A stretch of DNA of 32,000 nucleotides, taken from NCBI RefSeq assembly GCF_000008665.1, contig NC_000917.1, forward strand, positions 570,001 through 602,000, written 5' to 3'. This stretch comes from Archaeoglobus fulgidus DSM 4304 (GTDB lineage Archaea; Halobacteriota; Archaeoglobi; Archaeoglobales; Archaeoglobaceae). Positions 25,041-32,000 of the stretch are shown here, piece by piece. Positions within the stretch are counted from its first letter, which is position 1. Each line of letters begins with the position of its first letter. The translations under genes and the position numbers were made by a program. The notes below the pieces were generated by a model. That model was not told the DNA's origin, did no database searches, and saw only the letters and a list, made by a program, of their open reading frames with translations.

Positions 25041-25053
25041 TTTTCTTGCAAAT

Positions 25054-25329
25054 TTACAAGTCAGGCAGGTCCCAGCGGGGGCTGGGGTCGCCCCTTACGT
25101 ACTTCTCTATCAGCTTCCTTTCGAGGTCAACGTCGTACAGGTTGGCAATTGAGATTACCATGAACAGCACGTCAGCAAGCTCTTCCTCAACGTTTTGGTT
25201 TTTTCTGACCGCCTCAGCAAGCTCTCCAACCTCCTCGAACAGCACCGCCAGCAGAAACAGAGGACCGCTACGCGAATCGGTCTCGTAGTACTTCTCCCTA
25301 AAAATTTTTTGAAAATCTTTTAGCTCCAT
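25054..25329 (-). CDS. mazG: MazG-like nucleotide pyrophosphohydrolase (small single-domain)
   Basis: 91-aa ORF with the EEVGELAEA...EELADVLF pattern of the all-alpha MazG/NTP-PPase fold. Its start lies 6 nt after the qmoC stop. Confidence 0.78.
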   Translation of the reverse strand: MELKDFQKIFREKYYETDSRSGPLFLLAVLFEEVGELAEAVRKNQNVEEELADVLFMVISIANLYDVDLERKLIEKYVRGDPSPRWDLPDL

Positions 25330-25335
25330 AAAAAA

Positions 25336-26475
25336 TCACTGCTGGGGCTCTCGCCCCACGCTTTTCGCCCACGTGTAGGCGAGGGTTCTGTAGAGGAGGT
25401 GGGCAAACTTTGAGTAGGGGGCGTAGGCAATCAGCGTAAACACCAGAACCAGGTGTACAAGGTACATGTAGTACGCCGCCACGCTACCCGCATACCTCAA
25501 AGCCTCAATGCCCACTCCTGTTAGACCAACTGCGAATATTGTGCCGAGGAAGAGCCAGTCGAAGTACGTTCCGTAACCTATTTTCTCGTTGCTGAATCTT
25601 GCCACAATCGCCCAAAGGGAGCCTGCTACCAGCAGCAAGGCTCCGAGGTTGCCCAGAACTTTCACAGGGTCAGTTGGTGGAAGAGCGAGTTCCTCAACTC
25701 CGAGACCGTAGAGATAGACTATGTCACCGAGAGTTGCGATGCCAAGGATGATGAAACCCCAGAAGATCATGAAGTGGGCAAAATAGCGGTATCTTGCCGT
25801 GCCGCACTCGGCAAACCGTGAGTGTTTAAGTACATCTATTATTGACCAGAAGAGGCACTCAATGAACCTTGGGCTTGCCCTAACCACTTCAAGCTCTGCG
25901 TTCTCGCCGAGCCTGTATTCGTAAACCTTCGAGACCTCAGAGTTTATCCCAGTCCAGAACCTGTAAGCCCCAATGGCCGCAATCAGCAGAGCCCATCCTC
26001 CAACCAAGAAGCCAGCTATCTCAACGTGCAGATGCGGAATGAAGTTTCCAATCACTATCTCCCCGCTGGGTATTTCCGGGCTGAAGGCCGCAAGGTAGGC
26101 TAACGTGAGGATGATTGGAATGGCAAAGTAGACGACTATTCCAGCGGGCTTCAACAGTATTTTGGCAAAAAAGTTTGGAAATGCGAGTTCCTGAATTACC
26201 TTGGCCCTTATAGCTCCGAGAACCTCTCCGGGCTTTGCACCTCTCGGGCAATACTCGCTGCAGTCGTTGCACTGGTGGCAGAGCCAGACATCCGCATCCT
26301 TAATCAGCTTATCCTTCAGCCCCCACTGAGCCCATATCATCTCCTTCCTTGGGAATGGCGCCTCTTCGGGGCTCTGCGGGCATACGACGCTGCATGTTGC
26401 ACACTGGTAGCACTTTCTAAGCGTCTTACCTCCAAATCCTATCACATCCCTGACGAACTGCGCATCAACCTCCAT
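25336..26475 (-). CDS. qmoC: Quinone-interacting membrane-bound oxidoreductase subunit C (HdrC-like FeS domain fused to HdrE/NarI-like cytochrome b membrane domain)
   Basis: 379-aa ORF. The N-terminus carries two ferredoxin-type motifs (CYQCATCSVVCP and CHQCNDCSEYCP). About 6 TM helices with conserved His residues follow. Confidence 0.85.
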   Translation of the reverse strand: MEVDAQFVRDVIGFGGKTLRKCYQCATCSVVCPQSPEEAPFPRKEMIWAQWGLKDKLIKDADVWLCHQCNDCSEYCPRGAKPGEVLGAIRAKVIQELAFPNFFAKILLKPAGIVVYFAIPIILTLAYLAAFSPEIPSGEIVIGNFIPHLHVEIAGFLVGGWALLIAAIGAYRFWTGINSEVSKVYEYRLGENAELEVVRASPRFIECLFWSIIDVLKHSRFAECGTARYRYFAHFMIFWGFIILGIATLGDIVYLYGLGVEELALPPTDPVKVLGNLGALLLVAGSLWAIVARFSNEKIGYGTYFDWLFLGTIFAVGLTGVGIEALRYAGSVAAYYMYLVHLVLVFTLIAYAPYSKFAHLLYRTLAYTWAKSVGREPQQ

Positions 26476-26483
26476 AGTCCACC

Positions 26484-28727
26484 TCAGAACCCCTTATACG
26501 GGTTCGCACCAATCTCCATGATCTGGTTGACGAAGTTGTCTATAATCTCTGTAATCTTGTCCCACTCGTTTATAGAGATTTCCACCACCTGCACTCTCTC
26601 CTTCTCCAGCATCAGCCTCTCAAGAGTCTCTGCCACATTCTCCATTCTTCTGTTGGCAAGCTCACTTCCCCTGATGAAGTGGCACTGGTAGTCCTCTCCG
26701 TACTTACATCCTACAAGCAGAATCCCATCAATACCCTTTGAGAGTGCGTCTGCGATAAAGACGGTGTTGACCGAACCGAGGCACCTCACCGGGATGATTC
26801 TGGCAAGCGGGCTCCACTTCTTTCCGTTCAGAGCGGACATGTCCAAAGCTGGCAAAGCGTCATTCTCGCAGGCGAAGACTATGAAGCGGAACTTGTCCTC
26901 AGCCCCCTCATCCCAGTTGGGATCAGGGACGTAGATTGACTTAACCGCTGACGCCATCTGGTCGATGCTGTAGGTCTTGAAGCTGATGATTCTCTCAGGA
27001 CAGGCACCGAAGCAGATACCACATCTCCTGCACCTCAGCGGATTGGGCATCGGAGTGCCCTTCTCATCCTCATCAAGTGCACCAAAGGGGCACTCTTCAG
27101 TACACCTCTTACACTGAGTGCAGCGCTGGAGGAAGAACTGCGGGTAGTCGATATCTCCAGTTCTCGGGAAAGTCGTTTTACCTTCAGCAACGAGCTCAAC
27201 CGCCTGAATCGCCTTTAAGGCTGCTCCCTTCGCATCTTCAATGCATGAGGCAATCTCCATTGGTGCCCTGACAGCTCCGGCAGCGTAAATTCCAAGCCTC
27301 CTGCTCTCATAGGGGAAGCAGATGTAGTTGGAGTCGGGGAACCCGTACTTCAGCGTGGGAAGCTCGGGACCCTGCCTGTACTGCAGGTTGAGTATATGCC
27401 CGGCCTGCTTGATTACTTCAACATCCTCCTCGCTCTTAATCAAATGCGGCTCGGAAATGTGCTTGTAAGGCACGGTCTTTTCATCCGGGAATTCTTCCTT
27501 TACCGTATAAAGTCCCTTCAGCGTTGAGACCATTCCCGTTGCGAGCACGATCAAATCAGCTTTAATTGCAATGTCCTCTCCAAGTAGCGTGTTGGTCACG
27601 ACAACCGTCAGCTTTCCACCCTCTTCTTTGATTTCCTTGATGTCACCCTTCGTCAGGAAAATTCCATCGTCCTGCTGCATTTCCTTGTAGAAATCCTCCC
27701 AAAGTCCTGGAGTTCTCATGTCCTTGTAGATTATGAAGGCATTGCCATTGGTAAGCTCCCTCACGTACTTTGCCTGCTTAAGGCTCACGAGGCAGCAGAC
27801 GGATGAGCAGTAAGGCAGGTGGTTCTCGTCTCTCTGCCCTGCGCACTGGATAAACACCACATTCTTCGCCTCGCTTCCATCAGACTTTCTGAGGATTTTG
27901 CCCTCCTTTGCCATCTCCTCGAACTCAAGGTTTGTGACGACGTCGGCAAACTTCCCATAGCCAAGCTCCTCTAAAGCTGAGGCGTCGTAAGGCTTCCAGC
28001 CGGTTGCGACAACAATTCCTCCAACTCTGAACTGCACCTTCTCTCCATCCTTGTTTAGCACAACGTCGAACATTCCCGGCTGGCCGCTGATTGAGTCAAT
28101 CTCTGCGGAGGTGTAAACCTCTATGTTTCCATTACTCTTTACCTCATCAATTAGCTGGAATACAGGATTCTCCTCAATTCTCGTGTATGGCGGCTCAACG
28201 GGCAGAGTTTTGTAGTATTTGGCCACCCATCCTCCGAGCTCGGCCTCCTTCTCCACAAGATGGGCTTTGTAACCCGCCTTTGCAACCTCAAGAGCGGCGG
28301 TTAAGCCTGTAACACCACCGCCAACGACGAGGATGTCCTTCGATACCTCCTCAATGTATGGCTCGGGCTTTTCAGCCTTCTGGGCTTTGGTGATGGCAAT
28401 TCTCAGGTAATCCTCGGCAAGCTCCTGAGCGTGCTCATCAATGTCGTGGCTCCAGACAACTCCCTCTCTGAGACTCGCCCTCTCAACGTACTTGTCATCG
28501 AAGGTGAAGAGGGCCGTTTTCACACGGGGTGAGCATGCTGCAATTACAAGAGCGTCAAGCTCCGCAGCATCGTTCTTGAGCATTTCAACTCCTTCCTGCG
28601 AGCAGAGGTGCGGATGGATCTTTGCCTCAATTCCAAACTCCTCCTTTGCAACGTTTTTCAGCCTTTCGATGTCCAGCTTATCGATATCACAACCGGTACA
28701 GATGTAAACACCAACTTTCTCCATCAT
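26484..28727 (-). CDS. qmoB: Quinone-interacting membrane-bound oxidoreductase subunit B (HdrA-like flavoprotein + 2x[4Fe-4S] + MvhD-like C-terminal domain)
   Basis: It has an FAD fold (VVGGGVTGLTAA), the HdrA signature (YCSSVCCLVSLKQA), two FeS motifs (CTQCKRCTEECP and CRRCGICFGACP) and an MvhD-like tail (FACENDA...VRCLG...GCKYGEDYQCHF). I place the start at the ATG at 28727, directly after GGAGGTGAA. The TTG at 28742 in the track is less likely. Confidence 0.85.
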   Translation of the reverse strand: MMEKVGVYICTGCDIDKLDIERLKNVAKEEFGIEAKIHPHLCSQEGVEMLKNDAAELDALVIAACSPRVKTALFTFDDKYVERASLREGVVWSHDIDEHAQELAEDYLRIAITKAQKAEKPEPYIEEVSKDILVVGGGVTGLTAALEVAKAGYKAHLVEKEAELGGWVAKYYKTLPVEPPYTRIEENPVFQLIDEVKSNGNIEVYTSAEIDSISGQPGMFDVVLNKDGEKVQFRVGGIVVATGWKPYDASALEELGYGKFADVVTNLEFEEMAKEGKILRKSDGSEAKNVVFIQCAGQRDENHLPYCSSVCCLVSLKQAKYVRELTNGNAFIIYKDMRTPGLWEDFYKEMQQDDGIFLTKGDIKEIKEEGGKLTVVVTNTLLGEDIAIKADLIVLATGMVSTLKGLYTVKEEFPDEKTVPYKHISEPHLIKSEEDVEVIKQAGHILNLQYRQGPELPTLKYGFPDSNYICFPYESRRLGIYAAGAVRAPMEIASCIEDAKGAALKAIQAVELVAEGKTTFPRTGDIDYPQFFLQRCTQCKRCTEECPFGALDEDEKGTPMPNPLRCRRCGICFGACPERIISFKTYSIDQMASAVKSIYVPDPNWDEGAEDKFRFIVFACENDALPALDMSALNGKKWSPLARIIPVRCLGSVNTVFIADALSKGIDGILLVGCKYGEDYQCHFIRGSELANRRMENVAETLERLMLEKERVQVVEISINEWDKITEIIDNFVNQIMEIGANPYKGF

Positions 28728-28736
28728 TTCACCTCC
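28728..28736 (-). promoter_or_regulatory. Shine-Dalgarno sequence for qmoB embedded in the last codons of qmoA
   Basis: The minus strand reads GGAGGTGAA followed by ATGATG. The AGG AGG TGA also encodes the final Arg-Arg-stop of qmoA. Confidence 0.55.
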
Positions 28737-29943
28737 TTGCAAGCTGAATAGCCTTCAGCGCTGCTGCCGTTGCGGTTTCGTTGGCTGAGGCGACCTCCAT
28801 GGGCATCGCCGCAACACCTACCGGAATGATGCCCGGCTTTGGCTTAACGAATCCATACTCGTCAAGCTCAAGCCCGGGAATGGGCTCGATGGCAGGCTGC
28901 ATGCCTGTGGCGAGAACAACCATGTCGACCTCTTTCTTGCTTTTCACACCGGTAAGCGTGTCTTCAGCAGTCACAACAAGCTTTCCGTCAACCTCCTCAA
29001 CCTTCGCAACCTTTCCCTTGATGAGTTCGATTTTTTCGTCAGCCTTAACTTTTGCGAAAAAGTCCTCGTATCTTCCAAAGGCTCTGATGTCGATGTAGAA
29101 GATGTATATCTTCGCATCAGGATACTGCTCCCTCACATAGGTTGCCTGCTTCAAGCTCGCTAAGCAGCAGATTGCAGAGCAGTAGGGCAGGTGGTTCTCA
29201 TCCCTGCTTCCGGCGCACTGAACGAATGCGATTGTTTCTATTGGCTTACCGTCCATCGTCTGAATAACGCCACCAGTCGGCCCGTTTGGCGATGCAAGCC
29301 TCTCCATCTCCATGTTGGTTATGACGTTCTTGTATTTTCCGTAGCCGAGGTTATCAAGTTTGGTTGCATCGTAGGGCTTCCAGCCTGTCGCAACAATTAT
29401 GGATGACACATTCAGGGTCATCTCCCTCTCCTCTTCATTGAGGTCTATGGCGTTGTACTTGCATGCAGAAACGCATTCACCGCACTTATTGCAGTATTTG
29501 TCGTCAATGTAGTACTGGAAGGGCATCGCCATGATGTTAGGCAAATCGATGGCCTTCTTCTTTTTCAGTCCGAAGTTGTACTCGTCCGGAGCCTCAATCG
29601 GGCAAACCTCCTTGCAAGCCCCGCATGCTGTGCAGTTCTCGTTGACGTATCTCGGCTTGAGTTTGACTTTAACCGTAAAATTCCCCGACTCTCCGCTTAT
29701 CTCCTGAACCTCGGCGTTTGTGAAGTACTTCAGCTTTGGTGTGCTCTTCATTCTCTTGAAGAGGATTTCAAGCCCGCAGAACGGTGGGCAAAGCTTTGGG
29801 AAGTACTTGTTCAGCTGTGATACTCTTCCGCCAAGGTACGGGTTCTTTTCCAAGAGAATCACATCATATCCCGTTTCGGCAGCTTCTATAGCAGCAGTCA
29901 GTCCAGAAATTCCGCCTCCTATAACAAGTATTTCGCCAGCCAT
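28729..29943 (-). CDS. qmoA: Quinone-interacting membrane-bound oxidoreductase subunit A (HdrA-like flavoprotein)
   Basis: It has an FAD fold (VIGGGISGLTAA), the HdrA signature (YCSAICCLASLKQA) and an inserted ferredoxin-like pair (CTACGACKEVCP and CNKCGECVSAC). I prefer the ATG at 29943 (MAGEILVIGGG). The track start at 29952 is GTG. Confidence 0.85.
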   Translation of the reverse strand: MAGEILVIGGGISGLTAAIEAAETGYDVILLEKNPYLGGRVSQLNKYFPKLCPPFCGLEILFKRMKSTPKLKYFTNAEVQEISGESGNFTVKVKLKPRYVNENCTACGACKEVCPIEAPDEYNFGLKKKKAIDLPNIMAMPFQYYIDDKYCNKCGECVSACKYNAIDLNEEEREMTLNVSSIIVATGWKPYDATKLDNLGYGKYKNVITNMEMERLASPNGPTGGVIQTMDGKPIETIAFVQCAGSRDENHLPYCSAICCLASLKQATYVREQYPDAKIYIFYIDIRAFGRYEDFFAKVKADEKIELIKGKVAKVEEVDGKLVVTAEDTLTGVKSKKEVDMVVLATGMQPAIEPIPGLELDEYGFVKPKPGIIPVGVAAMPMEVASANETATAAALKAIQLARR

Positions 29944-30076
29944 AGCTAACACCTGATTGCCTGTTTCAACCTCTGGCTTGAAAAGAAGTTAATAAATGTA
30001 TCGAAATTAAGCCACATTCGAAATCCAGGATTTTTGGAAACCGAAAACATTTTTAAGGTTAAATTGTTTATTTAGT

Positions 30077-31285
30077 GTGTTGAGAGCTAAGCTTCTGTCA
30101 TGGCAAGAGGGAGTGGGTAGCAAAACTTTTGAATTTGATGTTGATGTCGAACCGAGAAGCTACGTAATTTCGAAGGTTAGCCAGCTCAGCCCCATAATCG
30201 CAAGTGAGGACCTCACCGTTTGCGAGGGGGAGGTTGCGGTTGTTGGTACAAGAGTAATCGAAATACCTGAAAACACCGTTGTCAGGCCTGTGGCTGCAAT
30301 AAGCCATGCAAACGGTTTTGTTGCAGACGTAATTGAGTGCGGGGCTCCCGGAATGGTTGAGGACGAAAAGTGCATAAATCACGCAGTTTTCATCCCAACG
30401 AGGTCTGGGGACGTAAAGGAGGGCGACTTGCTAGGAATGCTGCGGATAAATTTCGTTAGGACGGGTTTGCTCTCCAGGGTGATTCCCTCAAAACCGAGGG
30501 TGGAGGAAAGAACTGTTAAAGCATCTCTGACGTGGGTGGAGGGCGGAGTTTTCTATAGAGAAAACGTAACGGGAACGTTCAGCGGATACTTCGAGAGTGA
30601 GAGGTGCAGTCTTCTGCCGATTGTTGCGGACGAGAGGGTGAGGATCGAGAAGGGAGGAGTTTCGGCTGTAGAAATAGAGAGGGTGGACGTGAAGGGGGGA
30701 AGCATCATCACCCCCTACGGTCTGGCCGCAAACGCCTTTGCTCAGCTTCTTGATCTTGTAGGGGGTAGAACTAGGAAGTTTGAGGAGGATAGAGTCTTCG
30801 ATGAGGCCGTTTTGGTTGGGTTCAGCGATGGAGTTGTTGAGAAGGGGGAAGTTCTGGGTCTCGTCTGCGTTATGGGCGAGAGCAGTGGAGGGGGCAACAG
30901 CAGACAGTTGCAGTTCTCCAGAAAGGCCGGCAAAGGTGTTGTCAAGACGATTCACGAATACCGAAGCAAGCCACTCAGGGTAGGCAGAAAGGGGGAGTGG
31001 AGGCCAGCCATTTCCGACGAGAACAGGAAGCTCATAAGGGGTGTTGCGGAAATCATCAAAATCCGGCCGATTAACGTTCCTGATTATGCAGTAGTTAATC
31101 CTCTCGGCATCATGAGGCAGGCCTACGGAACGATGGTTGGTGGGATTGCAAATGAGCCTTGGAGTCTGGAGAGCAGAAAAACCATAGAAGAGGTTGTTTT
31201 CCTGCCGATAATGGATGGAGAGGTTAGAAAAGGGCAGCTCATTGGTGTTTTCAATGTAACAAGAGTTGCAGAAGGCAAGCTTTAA
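30077..31285 (+). CDS. Uncharacterised protein built from three tandem ~130-aa repeats (DUF22-like)
   Basis: 402-aa ORF. The only start candidates are non-ATG: GTG at 30077, TTG at 30080 and GTG at 30113. The three-fold internal repeat is visible by eye. One block reads PIIASEDLTVCEGEVAVV / PIVADERVRIEKGGVSAV / PAISDENRKLIRGVAEII. Another reads GDVKEGDLLGMLRINF / DGVVEKGEVLGLVCVM / DGEVRKGQLIGVFNVT. Confidence 0.7.
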   Translation: MLRAKLLSWQEGVGSKTFEFDVDVEPRSYVISKVSQLSPIIASEDLTVCEGEVAVVGTRVIEIPENTVVRPVAAISHANGFVADVIECGAPGMVEDEKCINHAVFIPTRSGDVKEGDLLGMLRINFVRTGLLSRVIPSKPRVEERTVKASLTWVEGGVFYRENVTGTFSGYFESERCSLLPIVADERVRIEKGGVSAVEIERVDVKGGSIITPYGLAANAFAQLLDLVGGRTRKFEEDRVFDEAVLVGFSDGVVEKGEVLGLVCVMGESSGGGNSRQLQFSRKAGKGVVKTIHEYRSKPLRVGRKGEWRPAISDENRKLIRGVAEIIKIRPINVPDYAVVNPLGIMRQAYGTMVGGIANEPWSLESRKTIEEVVFLPIMDGEVRKGQLIGVFNVTRVAEGKL

Positions 31286-31309
31286 CTTCCCTTACTCTTT
31301 TTTCAAGCC

Positions 31310-31897
31310 GTGAAGGTCTATCTTGGTGGAGAAGCGGAAGTAAAAATTCTGGAAAATGTGGTTGTAAAAACCAGAATCCCAAAGAGGTACAGGATAAAGG
31401 AGCTTGACAGGGAGCTGAGGCTAAGAAGGACAAAGATGGAGGCGAAGATAATCTCCGCTGCAAGAAGAGCTGGTGTGCCAACACCAATCGTTCTGGATGT
31501 TGAGGAGGACACCATCGTCATGGAAAGGATTTACGGAGAGGCTGTGAAGGATGTGATGAGTAAGGACGTGAGCAGAGAAGTAGGGAGAATGGCCGCGAAG
31601 CTCCACAGAGCGGGAATAATTCACGGAGACATAACCCCTATGAACTTGATTTTAAGCAACAGCAGAATATACTTCGTTGATTTTGGGCTCGCTTTCTTCG
31701 ATAACAAAGTGGAGCCGATGGGTGTGGACGTGCACGTTTACTTTGAATCGCTGAAGGCGAGCTTTGAGAACTGGGAGAGGCTGAGAGACGCCTTTATTGA
31801 AGGGTACCTCGCAGAGGGGGGAAGTGAGGAGGTAATAGAGAGGGCAAAGGAGATTGAGGAGAGGGGGAGGTACGTCGAGAGGGTTAGCATGGGCTAA
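31310..31897 (+). CDS. bud32: Bud32/PRPK-type atypical protein kinase (KEOPS subunit)
   Basis: 195-aa ORF with a GTG start. It has a minimal kinase fold: GEAEVK, KTRIPKRYR, a catalytic loop (IIHGDITPMNLIL), a DFG motif (FVDFGLA) and a C-terminal tail (RGRYVERV) typical of archaeal Bud32. Confidence 0.85.
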   Translation: MKVYLGGEAEVKILENVVVKTRIPKRYRIKELDRELRLRRTKMEAKIISAARRAGVPTPIVLDVEEDTIVMERIYGEAVKDVMSKDVSREVGRMAAKLHRAGIIHGDITPMNLILSNSRIYFVDFGLAFFDNKVEPMGVDVHVYFESLKASFENWERLRDAFIEGYLAEGGSEEVIERAKEIEERGRYVERVSMG

Positions 31898-32000
31898 AGC
31901 CTTTCAAGCTCCCCACCCTTAGTGATTAGGATTGCTCTGCCCTCGAAAACTGCCTTTGCCATCTTTTTTCTTGCAGCATTCACCAGTCTCCAGACTGTAG
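31894..32000 (-). CDS. 3' end of an unidentified convergent ORF (continues beyond window end)
   Basis: My own minus-strand translation is open from the window edge: ...TVWRLVNAARKKMAKAVFEGRAILITKGGELERL, with the stop at 31896-31894. It overlaps the bud32 stop by 4 nt. The fragment is too short to assign a family. Confidence 0.3.
   Translation of the reverse strand, partial: TVWRLVNAARKKMAKAVFEGRAILITKGGELERL

Noticed and set aside
30014-30027. ATTCGAAATCC resembling a tRNA T-loop (GGTTCGAATCC)
   Set aside because: It has an extra base and no flanking acceptor, D or anticodon arms that can be folded. I treated it instead as part of a direct repeat in a promoter region.
30488-30955. 155-aa minus-strand ORF
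   Set aside because: It is antisense to the triple-repeat protein, whose internal repeat structure supports the plus-strand frame.
1-32000. Search for CRISPR arrays, cas genes, toxin-antitoxin pairs, restriction-modification or other defence islands, proviruses, and tRNA/rRNA genes
   Set aside because: There are no regularly spaced repeats and no nuclease, helicase or methylase signatures outside the housekeeping genes. There is no integrase, and the transposase is the only mobility gene. The only accessory DNA evident is the single IS element.

Overview
This is a densely coding archaeal chromosomal segment, roughly 90 percent coding. I read it as Archaeoglobus fulgidus-like, based on archaeal information-processing genes (aIF-5A, topoisomerase VI subunit B, Bud32, IleRS), a QmoABC sulfate-respiration module and an ISA1214-type insertion sequence. 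Gene order is as follows. (1) ileS, partial, minus strand. (2) A DapB-like amine dehydrogenase, plus strand. (3) Six tightly packed minus-strand transport genes: an ABC NitT/TauT-type binding protein, permease and ATPase, then 2 nt later DUF1850, a TAXI-TRAP fused permease and a TAXI receptor. (4) A complete 1214-bp IS with a 9-bp target duplication, sitting 18 bp upstream of that operon. (5) An XRE-type HTH regulator. (6) A frameshifted small membrane protein gene. (7) aIF5A and agmatinase. (8) icd, a flavoprotein and a UPF0280/ApbE-like gene, all translationally coupled. (9) A small orphan gene. (10) A stand-alone RAM-domain gene overlapping top6B. (11) A convergent wHTH regulator. (12) An FAD dehydrogenase, tldD and pmbA. 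(13) A long minus-strand block of qmoA, qmoB, qmoC and mazG-like, followed by a FlaI-like ATPase, a FlaJ/TadC-like platform protein and a tail-anchored beta-rich protein. (14) A divergent protein with a three-fold internal repeat (DUF22-like). (15) bud32. (16) A partial convergent ORF at the window end. I found no rRNA, tRNA, CRISPR array or recognisable defence system. Most of the window is ordinary housekeeping DNA. The least ordinary items are an apparently circularly permuted ABC binding protein, the IS that separates the transporter operon from its TATA region, a pilin-less type IV filament-like module next to qmo, the triple-repeat protein divergent from qmoA, and the flavoprotein/ApbE-like pair coupled to icd. 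All family names are recalled from memory of motifs. No database search was run.
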